Positions 17,571-26,935 of a stretch of DNA of 64,000 nt are shown here, piece after piece. This DNA comes from Chloroflexota bacterium. GTDB taxonomy: Bacteria > Chloroflexota > UBA11872 > VXNJ01. A model generated the notes under the pieces. It had not been told where the DNA came from. It saw only the letters and a list, made by a program, of their open reading frames with translations, and searched no databases. The DNA lies in NCBI GenBank assembly GCA_026707405.1, contig JAPOWW010000012.1, forward strand, positions 43,509 through 107,508. Direction: 5' to 3'. Every line of letters starts with the position of its first letter. Within the stretch, counting starts at the first letter, position 1. The position numbers and the translations under genes are program-made.

Positions 17571-18428
17571 GTGGCCGTCAGCAGAGCGCGGATCTATCTT
17601 GAGTCGATACGCTTCGAGCACACCATCTTTGCCCTGCCCTTCGCGTACATTGGCATGTTGCTCGCGGCAGATGGCTGGCCGGGCTGGGACAAGTTCCTGC
17701 TAATCACGGCGGCGATGGCAGGAGCGCGAACCGCCGCGATGGCCATCAATCGTCTCGTGGACGCGGAGCTCGACGCGCGAAACCCTCGCACCTCCGACCG
17801 CGCGCTGCCTGCGGGATTGATGCGGCGGCGCGAGATGGCCGCCCTCGCCATCGCCGGGGCCGCCGTGCTGATACTCGCGGCCTGGCGCTTGAATTTGACC
17901 GCCCTTTTGCTCGCGCCGGTCGCGCTGTTCGCTGTCTGCGCCTACCCCTACACAAAGCGATTCACCTGGTCGACGCACTGGATTCTTGGACTGGCCGACT
18001 CCATAGCCCCGGCCGGAGCCTGGATCGGAGTCCGCGGCGACTTCGGCTTGGAGGCAGCGCTGATCTCTCTCGCGATGCTGTTCTGGATAGCCGGATTCGA
18101 CCTGATCTACGCGTGCCAGGATGTAGATGTCGACAGACGCGACCGACTGCACTCGGTGCCGGCCCGGTTCGGGATCGCCGCAGCGCTCTGGACTTCACGC
18201 GGCTGTCACGCCGCAACCGTCATGCTGCTCGTAGCCTTGGGGCTGGTCGCCGGACTGGGATGGCCATACTGGATCGGCGTTCTTGCCGCAGCGGCACTGC
18301 TGGCCTACGAATCGACGATGGTTTCGCCGACCGACCTAGGTAGACTTCAGAAGGCGTTCTTTGACATGAACGGGTATGTTTCCGTGGCGCTACTAATCGC
18401 AGTCTCTTTTTCCTACGTCTTCGGCTGA
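17571..18428 (+). CDS. ubiA: UbiA-family aromatic polyprenyltransferase (4-hydroxybenzoate polyprenyltransferase-like)
   Basis: Multi-TM protein with the two Asp-rich motifs NRLVDAELDARN and YACQDVDVDRRD. Confidence 0.85.
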   Translation: MAVSRARIYLESIRFEHTIFALPFAYIGMLLAADGWPGWDKFLLITAAMAGARTAAMAINRLVDAELDARNPRTSDRALPAGLMRRREMAALAIAGAAVLILAAWRLNLTALLLAPVALFAVCAYPYTKRFTWSTHWILGLADSIAPAGAWIGVRGDFGLEAALISLAMLFWIAGFDLIYACQDVDVDRRDRLHSVPARFGIAAALWTSRGCHAATVMLLVALGLVAGLGWPYWIGVLAAAALLAYESTMVSPTDLGRLQKAFFDMNGYVSVALLIAVSFSYVFG

Positions 18429-19036
18429 TGCAACGAGACGATGGCAACAACGTAGTCCTTGCCGTGACCGGCGGCAGCGGGGCCATACTGGCCAAGGGCC
18501 TGGCTGAAGCCCTGCTGAAGATGGGGATGACGGTCCTCTTTGTGTGCAGCCGTTACGGGCGGCTGATGTGGCGCGAGGAGCTGGGAGAGCCTCTGGAGAC
18601 GGCGATGGACGAATGGACCGATCTCGGAAATGTCATCACGTTCAATCCTGGTGACCTCGCCGCTCCTATCGCGAGCGGTTCGTTCCCGGTACGAGCGTCG
18701 TGCATAGCGCCGTGCAGCATGGCGACCGCGGCCTCGATCGCGACGGGCGTCGGGAGCAATCTGATCCATCGCATGGCCGACGTGGCGATAAAGGAGCGGA
18801 CCCCTTTGGTGATCGTGCCTCGCGAATCACCGCTCTCGCCCATCCATCTTCGAAACCTGCTGACGCTCAGCGAGCTCGGCGTAACCGTGCTGCCGCCAAT
18901 GCCTGCGTTCTACAAGTACCCCTCCACCGTCGAGGACGTGGTCTACGACGTGACCCAGCGAACGATTGTGGCGATGGGCCTGCGAGAGTCGCTCCCCGGC
19001 TCACTCCAGTACCGACCAAAGCGCTTCGACACCTAG
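18428..19036 (+). CDS. ubiX: UbiX-family flavin prenyltransferase
   Basis: Motifs VLAVTGGSGAILAKGL and APCSMATAASIATGVGSNLIHRMADVAIKERTPLVIVPRESPL. The ATG overlaps the ubiA stop by 1 nt (TGATG). Confidence 0.9.
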   Translation: MQRDDGNNVVLAVTGGSGAILAKGLAEALLKMGMTVLFVCSRYGRLMWREELGEPLETAMDEWTDLGNVITFNPGDLAAPIASGSFPVRASCIAPCSMATAASIATGVGSNLIHRMADVAIKERTPLVIVPRESPLSPIHLRNLLTLSELGVTVLPPMPAFYKYPSTVEDVVYDVTQRTIVAMGLRESLPGSLQYRPKRFDT

Positions 19037-19139
19037 CGCGGCTGGGCGCTCCGGTCAGTCGCCGGCACTCGCCTGAAAGACTGGCCGACCAAAGAACGCC
19101 GGAACCTTGATTCTCGGTTGCAAGATACCCAACGGGTAG

Positions 19140-20111
19140 CTACGCGATCCGGAAGTTCGCTCGCTGCAGCCTTCGGATGCGATCAAGCGCCGCATCATCG
19201 AGCCAGGGTATGGACCCTGCCGCAGCGTCTTCCTCGACTTCTGCCACGCTGGCGGCTCCCGTCAACGCAACCGAGACAGCTCTATTAGCGAGAACGTATA
19301 GAAGCGCCGACTGCGCAAGCGAGCGCCGCGGCATTTCGAGAAAAGAAAGACTCTCCGATTTCGCAATCAAATCCTCTACTCGTTCCGGGGCTAGAAGGCT
19401 GCGCTCGTCGTCCGGGGCAAACGTGTCCAGATTTGAGAAGTTGCCCCTTAGGAAACCGTCGGCGAGCGGCCCCTTGGCTATGATTCCGAGTCCCGCATTT
19501 CGCGCCTGCGCAAAGAACTCGCCCGCAAGCGGTTCGAAAATGTTGTAGCGGACGCGGACGACGTCTACATCCAGATTCAGCAGCAGCTCCATGTCGGCGC
19601 TCGCGATGTCTACGTCGACCCCGACGAATCCCGTGAGACCCGACCTGGCGACTCGCCGAAGACTCTCGATACAGGCCCCGTCTCGCAGCTCCTCTCCAGT
19701 CACAGACTCGATCATGAAGAGATCGGTATCCGAAGTTCCGAGACGGTCCAGGCTGGCCCGCAGGCTGGCACTAAGAGCGTCATAAGAGAAATCGCGCTTG
19801 AGTTCCGTCCCATCGACCGTCAGGCCGCCCATCACTCCCAGCACCCAGTAGTCGCGATTGCCGGCGATGGCCTTTCCAATCAATCTTTCAGCGCGCCCCC
19901 CGCCGCTGGCCGGGCTTGTGAGCAGGAAGTTGATACCCATCGCACGCGCGCGTGAAACTACTCCCAGAGATTCGCTTTCGTCGACCTGCCCAAAGCCGTA
20001 GGGCCTCGGCATTCCGGGACCGCCTATCCAAAGGGTCCCACCCATCTGGCGGGTATCCAGTCCAACCTCCGACACTCTGAGGCCGTGCCTGCCAAGTTCT
20101 CTATACCTCAA
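19140..20111 (-). CDS. Aldo/keto reductase
   Basis: 323-aa ORF with a typical AKR opening MRYRELGRHGLRVSEVGL and a family-like pattern along its length. Confidence 0.8.
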   Translation of the reverse strand: MRYRELGRHGLRVSEVGLDTRQMGGTLWIGGPGMPRPYGFGQVDESESLGVVSRARAMGINFLLTSPASGGGRAERLIGKAIAGNRDYWVLGVMGGLTVDGTELKRDFSYDALSASLRASLDRLGTSDTDLFMIESVTGEELRDGACIESLRRVARSGLTGFVGVDVDIASADMELLLNLDVDVVRVRYNIFEPLAGEFFAQARNAGLGIIAKGPLADGFLRGNFSNLDTFAPDDERSLLAPERVEDLIAKSESLSFLEMPRRSLAQSALLYVLANRAVSVALTGAASVAEVEEDAAAGSIPWLDDAALDRIRRLQRANFRIA

Positions 20112-20175
20112 GTTGCAACTTCATCCCTCCGCTGGCAGATGGCCTCTCTCGCAGCGTTCCATACAGCCTACGCCT

Positions 20176-21000
20176 TCATGTTCCGGTCCAGTGATCGACG
20201 TCAAAATCGCTACGGCTCGCCGGACGCGCGCCAACAATCCCGGTCGACTGACCGAAGTCGCACGACCCTATCAGTGGGCAGTCCCCGCAGCGAGGCGACG
20301 TCCCGCAGAATCGCTTTCCATGTTGGACTATCAGCGCGTGCATCTCGGCGTACAGCTCCACGTCCTCGGGCAGAGCGGCCATAACCGCTCTCCGCAGCTG
20401 GTCCCTGTTTACATCGCTGGGGATGATTCCCACACGCTCGAGGAACCGGACGGTGTAGGTATCTATCACGAAGGACGGCTGCCGGGCAGCGTAGAGAATG
20501 ATGGAATCGGCGGTTTCCGCTCCAATGCCCCAGAGACTCAGTAGCTCGGCGCGCAGACGGTCCCGGGGCAAGCTCAAGAACCGTCCGAGATCTGCCCCGT
20601 ATTTCTCAGCCACGTAATCGCAAAAGCCCGCCAGCTTCGCGGCCTTCTGGTTGTAATAGCCGGACGGCCGAATCAGGTCTGCAAGCTTCGCTTCCGACAG
20701 TGCCAGTATCCCAAAGACGGAATCGGCTCCGCCACGCTGCAGATTGTCCAGCGCCTTGCGGGCGTTTGTCCAAGCAGTGTTCTGTACTAGAATCGCGCCC
20801 GCGCACATCTCGAATGAGTGTCTGCCCGGCCACCAGCCCTGCGGTCCGTGAACACCCAGCAGCTCCTCATATGTCTTCAAAAGGCGCGGCCTCAGGGCGG
20901 CGGCGTCCAGCCTGAACAGGTTCGCGGCGGACGGCGTTTCTGAACCTCCGCGTCCCCGCGCACTCCGAGACGCGGTTCGTGCCTGGGACTTCACCGTCAC
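20176..21000 (-). CDS. Endonuclease III-like HhH-GPD DNA glycosylase with 4Fe-4S cluster loop
   Basis: Motifs GPQGWWPG, ILVQNTAW, HhH LLSLWGIGAETADSIILYA and Cys cluster CGTSPRCGDCPLIGSC. I place the start at GTG 21000, which overlaps the thrS stop (GTGA). The longer track ORF (to 21171) would overlap thrS out of frame. Confidence 0.78.
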   Translation of the reverse strand: MTVKSQARTASRSARGRGGSETPSAANLFRLDAAALRPRLLKTYEELLGVHGPQGWWPGRHSFEMCAGAILVQNTAWTNARKALDNLQRGGADSVFGILALSEAKLADLIRPSGYYNQKAAKLAGFCDYVAEKYGADLGRFLSLPRDRLRAELLSLWGIGAETADSIILYAARQPSFVIDTYTVRFLERVGIIPSDVNRDQLRRAVMAALPEDVELYAEMHALIVQHGKRFCGTSPRCGDCPLIGSCDFGQSTGIVGARPASRSDFDVDHWTGT

Positions 21001-22760
21001 TCGTCGAATCCGTAACCCGCCGCCCGCTCGGCGTTCACCCTGACCGCAGTCTCTATGAAGTCCGCTAGGTCCATCGCCCCAAGGTCCTGTCCCGACCGGA
21101 GCCGTACCGAAACCTTCTCGGCAGCAACATCCCGGTCGCCGGCGATCAGCATATAAGGCGTCTTCTGCCACTGGGCTCTGCGGATCTTGAGATTCATTCG
21201 CTCGGATCGTACGTCGAGCTGGGCCCTAAGCCCAGCCTCCCGCAACGCCGCGACCACATATTGGCAATAATCGACGTGGCGGTCGGCGATGTTGATTACC
21301 CGGACTTGCTCAGGCGCAAGCCAAACGGGAAACGCGCCAGCGTGGTGCTCCACCAGGCCCGCGACGAACCGCTCCATCGATCCCAGGATCGTCCGGTGTA
21401 CCATCACCGGACGGTGCCGGACGCCGTCCTGCCCTTCGTACACGATGTCGAAGCGCTCCGGCAAGTTGAAGTCAACCTGAATCGTCGGGCCTTGCCAAAG
21501 ACGGCCGAGCGCATCGCTCAAGTGGGTGTCGATCTTCGGTCCGTAGAAAGTCGCCTCGCCTTCCGCGCGCGTATATTCCAGCTCCTTCTCGTTAAGGGCG
21601 TTGGCGAGCGCCCGCTCGGCAAGCTCCCAAACTTCGTCCGTACCGGCATAGTGTTCCTTGTTGGACTCGTCGCGAACGCTCAACGTGAACCTGAGGTCCT
21701 CATATCCAAACTGCTTCAGGAAAAACAGCTCCAGATCGAGCACGCCGAGGATTTCGTCCACGAGCTGGTCTGGCCTCAAAAATAGGTGCGCGTCATCTTG
21801 TGTAAAGCCGCGCGCTCGCAACATGCCATGTAGGACGCCCGAACGTTCATGGCGGTAAACCGTTCCCAACTCCCCCCAGCGTAGCGGCAACTCACGGTAG
21901 CTGCGCGTCCGTGATTTGTATATCTGGATGTGAAACGGGCAATTCATGGGCTTGTTGACGTACGACTGGGTCTCGAGCTCCATCGGCGGAAACATGTCAT
22001 CCGCAAACCAGCGGGTATGCCCGCTCGTATCCCACAGTTCGGCGCGGCCTATGTGCGGCGAAAAGACCAGCTCGTACCCTCGACGCCGGTGCTCGGCCCG
22101 CCAGAAGTCCTCGATGATCTCTCTGACCCTGCCGCCGTTCGGATGCCACAGGGCAAGTCCCGGCCCGACAAGCTCGTTCACAGTAAACAGGTCAAGCACA
22201 AGTCCCAGAGTCCTGTGGTCACGGGACCGCGCCTCTTCGAGAAGCTCCAGGTGACGGTCCAGCTCGGCTTGCGTGGGGAAACAGGTTCCGTATATGCGCT
22301 GAAGCTGGGGGTTCTTCTCGCTGCCTTTCCAGTAAGCTCCCGCGATGGATAGCAGCTTGAAGGGACCCACCTTACCCGTATGCTCGAGGTGAGGCCCTGC
22401 GCAGAGGTCGAGAAAGTCCCCTGATCGATATATCGACGGCGCTTCTCCCAGGCGGGAAATGTCATCGATCGCCTCGATCTTGTAATTCTGTCCCATGCCT
22501 CCGAGCAGTGCCTTGGCATCCCCGGCTTCGAGTTCTTCGTACTCGAACGGATCGGCTCTCGAGATCAACCGCCGCATACGCCGCTCGATCTCTTCGAGAT
22601 CGTCCGGCGTCAACGACCGCGCAAGGTCGAAGTCATAGTAGAAGCCATCGTCAATCGGCGGCCCGAAGCCCAGGCTGGCTTCAGGGAACATCTCAATTAC
22701 CGCCGCCGCCATTACGTGCGCGCAGGAATGCCGCATCGTTTCAAGTTCAGACATTGTCAT
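20997..22760 (-). CDS. thrS: Threonine--tRNA ligase, short form lacking the N-terminal TGS domain
   Basis: Starts directly with the editing/second-additional-domain motif RHSCAHVMAAAV. Class II core is present (YRHERSG, GFTQDDAHLF) together with a C-terminal anticodon-binding domain. 587 aa. Confidence 0.95.
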   Translation of the reverse strand: MTMSELETMRHSCAHVMAAAVIEMFPEASLGFGPPIDDGFYYDFDLARSLTPDDLEEIERRMRRLISRADPFEYEELEAGDAKALLGGMGQNYKIEAIDDISRLGEAPSIYRSGDFLDLCAGPHLEHTGKVGPFKLLSIAGAYWKGSEKNPQLQRIYGTCFPTQAELDRHLELLEEARSRDHRTLGLVLDLFTVNELVGPGLALWHPNGGRVREIIEDFWRAEHRRRGYELVFSPHIGRAELWDTSGHTRWFADDMFPPMELETQSYVNKPMNCPFHIQIYKSRTRSYRELPLRWGELGTVYRHERSGVLHGMLRARGFTQDDAHLFLRPDQLVDEILGVLDLELFFLKQFGYEDLRFTLSVRDESNKEHYAGTDEVWELAERALANALNEKELEYTRAEGEATFYGPKIDTHLSDALGRLWQGPTIQVDFNLPERFDIVYEGQDGVRHRPVMVHRTILGSMERFVAGLVEHHAGAFPVWLAPEQVRVINIADRHVDYCQYVVAALREAGLRAQLDVRSERMNLKIRRAQWQKTPYMLIAGDRDVAAEKVSVRLRSGQDLGAMDLADFIETAVRVNAERAAGYGFDE

Positions 22761-22803
22761 ATTGTGAGCGCTCCGTTGATTGATGGCGGGGAAGAGTCCC
22801 GCG

Positions 22804-22876
22804 AATTAAAACGGCCCGGAGATTCCGGGCGGGCATCCCCTCGACAACGCAGCGCGGCGCGCTCCGCTACGAGGGG
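22804..22876 (-). promoter_or_regulatory. Structured thrS 5' leader with terminator-like hairpin (candidate attenuator)
   Basis: On the minus strand there is a hairpin CCCCCTCG...CGAGGGG (22837-22876). It is followed by GCCCGG-AATCT-CCGGGC (22814-22830) and CGTTTTAATT, about 45 nt upstream of the ATG. No gene lies upstream on that strand that this hairpin could terminate. Confidence 0.35.
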
Positions 22877-23024
22877 GCGGTAGTGATGGTGGTTTTCAGC
22901 CTGGGAATGTTTTGGAGCGAATTCAAAGCAAAGTGGATATCGTCAACGCATTAAGGCATCGTAGCACAGGTTTCCAACCATCCTGTCTGACTCAGGAGGG
23001 GCAATTGCTAAAACGGAGCCGTCG

Positions 23025-23918
23025 GTGGCCTTCATAGTCGCACAGGTACTCGGTCATGCGGCGTTCGGATTGATAATGCGTCACGCCAGGACCGATCCGC
23101 AGACCTTCTTCAAGGTCGGCGCGGTCAACTACTGGACCGCCATGCTGATGGCGCTGACGGCGGCTCTACTGGCCGGTGGGCTGAGCTTCGAATGGCCCGT
23201 GAGCCTGCTCGCCGTTTACCAGGGAGTCAACTACCACTTTGCGTACATCGTGCTCTTCGCGCTCATAGCGGTCGGCGGTCTGGCGGTGACCTTTACAGTC
23301 CTCCGCATCTCCGTGTTGATACCCATCGTCGGGTCAATCATCTTTTGGGGAGAGTCGCCGGACATCGTCCGGATCGCGGGGATTATCCTCACGCTCGCCG
23401 CGCTTCCGTTGCTCGGCGCGGATGCCCGTCGTACGGCCGGTCCCGCAGGCGTGCGCACGCCTGCCTTGCTGATGCTCCTCACCATGCTGATGACGGGCAC
23501 CGGATCTCTGGCCGCGAAGTCTTTCGCCGAAATGAGCGCCGAATCCAACGCTCTGGACTACGCCGCGTTTGCCTTTATGGGAGCGGCGGTGGGAACCGTT
23601 TTGACCGCGCCCTTGGTCAGCCGGATCGCTCGAAGACACCGCGAGACAAACCGCGCGGTGTCGTATCCCAAAGCTCGCCCTTGGAAAACCTGGTTGGCTC
23701 TCGGTATGGCTTTGGGAGCGGCGAACTTCTCACAAAACGCCGCCATGGTTCGCGCCTTGACCGAGCTTCCCGGCACGCTGGTGTTTCCGGTGGTGCTGAG
23801 CAGCTACCTGCTCCTGATCTTGCTAGCCGACTATGTGATTTGGAAAAGGCGCTTGGGCAAGGTGACGCTTGCCGGCGTCTTTCTTGCCATAGGTGGTCTG
23901 GTGCTGGCCAACTTGTAG
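23025..23918 (+). CDS. Polytopic membrane protein (weak DMT/EamA-like resemblance)
   Basis: 297-aa ORF with about 9-10 hydrophobic helices and a GTG start. Family assignment is not secure from sequence inspection alone. Confidence 0.55.
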   Translation: MAFIVAQVLGHAAFGLIMRHARTDPQTFFKVGAVNYWTAMLMALTAALLAGGLSFEWPVSLLAVYQGVNYHFAYIVLFALIAVGGLAVTFTVLRISVLIPIVGSIIFWGESPDIVRIAGIILTLAALPLLGADARRTAGPAGVRTPALLMLLTMLMTGTGSLAAKSFAEMSAESNALDYAAFAFMGAAVGTVLTAPLVSRIARRHRETNRAVSYPKARPWKTWLALGMALGAANFSQNAAMVRALTELPGTLVFPVVLSSYLLLILLADYVIWKRRLGKVTLAGVFLAIGGLVLANL

Positions 23919-24052
23919 CCGCCATAGCCTTTGCGCCCTTATCCCTCACGGTTGTACCCTCGTTGGGTTTTACGGCAGGGAGAGTTCCTCGGCGCAAACA
24001 ATTCGAAAATGATGTTGCTGCCGCCGATGAGGTTCTCGGGAAGGACTATTCG

Positions 24053-24514
24053 ATGAGACTCGGTTCATGGAGTTTCAGTCGAAAACTCACCGTCCGGACA
24101 GCCTTGGCTTTCCTCGCCGTCAGCATGGCCGTGATCGCCGCTTGCGGCGACGGCGGTCGTGAGACGTCAGGGCTGGAAAGCGCGCCACCGCCTAGCGGAG
24201 CCGCAACCAAGCCTGGCGCAACGCCCTCCCATCAAGTCGATTCTGACGCCGCCATAGCGCTGTTCAAGTCGAAGGGATGCATCGCCTGTCACGTCGTCTC
24301 CAGCATTCCCGAAGCGGTCGGGACAATCGGCCCGCGTCTGGAAGGGCTGGCGTCGCGTAATGAGCTGGCGGCGGGACTGCCCGTGACCGCGGACAACATC
24401 GCGAGATGGATCAGGGATCCGGCAGAGGTCAAACCCGGAACGGTGATGCCCAAGCTTGTCCAGGACGAAGCCGAGATCGAGATTCTCGTCGCCTGGTTGC
24501 TAACCCTCAGGTAA
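24053..24514 (+). CDS. Lipoprotein c-type monohaem cytochrome
   Basis: ATG 24053 is preceded by GGGAAGGA. Signal and lipobox AVSMAVIAACG, haem motif CIACH, and a likely Met ligand in GTVMPK. This is the 3' part of the artefactual 23192-24514 track ORF. Confidence 0.8.
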   Translation: MRLGSWSFSRKLTVRTALAFLAVSMAVIAACGDGGRETSGLESAPPPSGAATKPGATPSHQVDSDAAIALFKSKGCIACHVVSSIPEAVGTIGPRLEGLASRNELAAGLPVTADNIARWIRDPAEVKPGTVMPKLVQDEAEIEILVAWLLTLR

Positions 24515-24803
24515 GGCAACGGACCACAAGGCTCGAAACCGCAGAACGCGGGCGGACTCGAAATTCATCCCTTCGCGTTCGCCCCCAATTTGGCCTGCTG
24601 ATGGTCATCTTCAGCTACAAGCTACAGGAAACTCTGAAATCCCGAACTACCAATGGCAACATAGAGTCGGCTCCCGCAGAGGCGCGAATCGACCGGTCAA
24701 TAGCAACTCTCAGCGCCGTTTAGGCCAAACTACGTCAAGGGCAACTAGCTCTTGGCCCCCTTGCGCTCACGACACGCTTGGAAGCCTCTGTTGCTCGGTC
24801 CCG

Positions 24804-26696
24804 CTAGCGTTCGCCGTTAGCGCCGTTAGCGGACTCCCGCGTGTCCTCTCCGTTCCAGGACTTACCGTTGGCGGACTCGTCCGCGCCGTCTTCCGATTCG
24901 TCCTCGTCGGCCGCCAGCAATGCGCGAACGCCGCCCGCAATCCCGCCCGCGCTGGCGAGCGCGTATTGCGGAAGAATCCGCGGACCTCGACCCGAAGCGA
25001 TCAACTCGTCGTGCTTGGCCAGGATGTCAATCACGTCATCCCCGTCCAGTTCGCCGTGCTCGACAAGACCCTCCGCGATCTCGTGCATCCCACCGGCGTA
25101 CTTGGCCAAAAGCGCTTTCGCCTTCTTGAACTCCTGTTCCAGGACCTGCTCGATTCGAGTCTTCGTCTCAGGATCGAGTTGTCCCATCCCCCACGGACCA
25201 TAGGAGAAAAGGCTGCCGTCGGCACCCCACATCGTAAGCATCTGGTATGCCAGCATGGTGCAGTCGGTCAAGTCACCGTATCCTCCGCTCATGCGGGTTC
25301 CCAAGAATAGTTCCTCGGCGGCACGGCTAGCCAAACCTGTCTGAATCCATGCCAGAGCCTCTTCGCGGGTCTGCGTGTGTCGTTCTTCCAGCGGCTTGAC
25401 CGCCGAAAGCCCAAGCGCGGATCCGTGCCGAATGATCGTCACCTTCGACAGCCGGTGCCGCGGAAGCAACTTCACCTGGGCGACCGCGTGACCCGCCTCG
25501 TGATAGGCGAGTCTTCGCTTTTCGTCCAGCGACATGCTTCTGATCGGCTCACGGACACCCCATTCATGGGCCTCACGGGCACTCGAGAAGTCTTCGTACG
25601 TAATGGCGTCGCGACCTTCGAAGTGGGCGTGGATCACCGCCTCGTTGATGACGAACTTTATGGCAACCGGCGTATAGCCGATGGTGTCGTTCCCCATGCG
25701 CGCCAGCGGCATTTCCTCGTGCCGAACCTTGGCAAGGTAGTACTGGATGATGTCTTTTCGGCCATCGAAGTCGGGGAAGTCGACGTGAATCCGCCGGTCG
25801 AAACGGCCGGGCCGCAACAGAGCCTGATCGAGAGCGCTCACCAGGTTAGTCGCGCCGATCGTCAACACGGGCGGCGGAGTAGCGCGCTCCTTCTTTAGCC
25901 CCAGCCGCCGCATTAGACGGGCCGTCCAGCCGTTGTCGAAGTTCGGCGGGTCCATCTGCAGCAGGAGCTCGTTGAGAAGCCCCATGCCTCCCATGCCCAT
26001 CATTCCACCCATCATCATGCCGCCGCCGGTCTGGGCGCTGCGCGCCATGCCGATGGCGTCAATCTCGTCAATGAAGATGATCGCGCCGCCATGCTTGCGG
26101 GAAAGCTTGCGCGCCTTGCCGTAGAGCATCATCACGCGAAGGTTGCCGACACCCATGAACATGTTCTGGAATCCCGGCGCCGAGGCGTAGGCAAACGGCA
26201 GGCCGGCTTCCGTGGCGATGGCCTGTGCAAGGTAGCTCTTACCGGTTCCAGGCGGTCCTTCCAGCAGCAGCCCTCTGGTGTAGTCGCCGCCCATTTGTTT
26301 GAAGTCACGTACGCCTCGGAGCAGCATCACGATCCGCCGGGCGACTTCCAAGACCTGATCGTTCCCGCGATAGTCGTCGAACGTTACCCCGGTTTCGCCC
26401 GGCTGCACCCAGTAAACGCGCCCCCGTCCGAGGAACATGAATAGCGCCCCGAATTGGACGATCATGAAGAGCATCACGTAGACAAGCTGGAAAACCATCA
26501 TAAAGACGCCCGCCATCAGGGCGGTCGCCTTGATCCAGAGGACGATCATGCCGATCGTCAAGATCAGCCATAGGATGAACTTGTACCGGTTGTTCCAGAT
26601 GAACGTTAGCAGCCCACCGGAATCCGCCAGCCTGGCCCGTTGCCTGATGTCGTAGTTAGCGCCCATTGTTCGATTCCTATGAGATTGGGGACTCAA
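24804..26696 (-). CDS. Divergent FtsH-family AAA+ zinc metalloprotease
   Basis: N-terminal TM helices, Walker A GPPGTGKS, pore loop FQNMFMGVG, Walker B IIFIDEID, LLRPGRFDR and the M41 zinc site HEAGHAV. Unusual Met/Gly-rich insert TGGGMMMGGMMGMGGMG. Confidence 0.85.
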   Translation of the reverse strand: MSPQSHRNRTMGANYDIRQRARLADSGGLLTFIWNNRYKFILWLILTIGMIVLWIKATALMAGVFMMVFQLVYVMLFMIVQFGALFMFLGRGRVYWVQPGETGVTFDDYRGNDQVLEVARRIVMLLRGVRDFKQMGGDYTRGLLLEGPPGTGKSYLAQAIATEAGLPFAYASAPGFQNMFMGVGNLRVMMLYGKARKLSRKHGGAIIFIDEIDAIGMARSAQTGGGMMMGGMMGMGGMGLLNELLLQMDPPNFDNGWTARLMRRLGLKKERATPPPVLTIGATNLVSALDQALLRPGRFDRRIHVDFPDFDGRKDIIQYYLAKVRHEEMPLARMGNDTIGYTPVAIKFVINEAVIHAHFEGRDAITYEDFSSAREAHEWGVREPIRSMSLDEKRRLAYHEAGHAVAQVKLLPRHRLSKVTIIRHGSALGLSAVKPLEERHTQTREEALAWIQTGLASRAAEELFLGTRMSGGYGDLTDCTMLAYQMLTMWGADGSLFSYGPWGMGQLDPETKTRIEQVLEQEFKKAKALLAKYAGGMHEIAEGLVEHGELDGDDVIDILAKHDELIASGRGPRILPQYALASAGGIAGGVRALLAADEDESEDGADESANGKSWNGEDTRESANGANGER

Positions 26697-26861
26697 ACCA
26701 TCTGCGGCGCCCCGAACGCCCCCGCAGATTGACTCCCCGGCTGTTGTTGATTATACGCTGTAAAACGCTCCGAAAGTCGGCGGATATCGGAAGTGTGTCG
26801 ATCCCCCACACACGAAAATGCCGGACACATCTTTCGCCCGTTCGTGTCTTGTACGTGAGCA

Positions 26862-26867
26862 TATAAT
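26862..26867 (+). promoter_or_regulatory. Perfect TATAAT hexamer upstream of the mrfA-like gene (candidate -10 box)
   Basis: TATAAT lies about 70 nt upstream of the TTG start at 26936, in the most AT-rich part of the divergent spacer. I found no good -35 at 17-nt spacing. Confidence 0.25.
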
Positions 26868-26935
26868 TTCGATACACTTCATTCTGTCCACGATGAACGT
26901 CATCGACTCGCCATAAACTGGATCGAGGCCCGCCT

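Noticed and set aside
21001-21171. N-terminal 57-codon extension of the EndoIII-like ORF
   Set aside because: It would overlap thrS by 175 nt out of frame and encodes Arg/Gly/Cys-rich sequence. GTG 21000 gives a classic GTGA stop-start overlap and still leaves the whole HhH-GPD domain intact.
22761-23024. T-box riboswitch upstream of thrS
   Set aside because: I looked for the conserved T-box sequence and an antiterminator bulge (UGGN) on the minus strand and did not find them, and the leader is short for a T-box. Only a generic terminator-like hairpin is retained, as a low-confidence finding.
23192-24514. 440-aa ORF in the track suggesting one large protein
   Set aside because: It is a chimera. 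The first roughly 290 codons are an out-of-frame read through the membrane-protein gene (Arg/Gly/Pro-rich nonsense). Only the last 153 codons, from ATG 24053 with its own SD, encode the lipoprotein cytochrome c.
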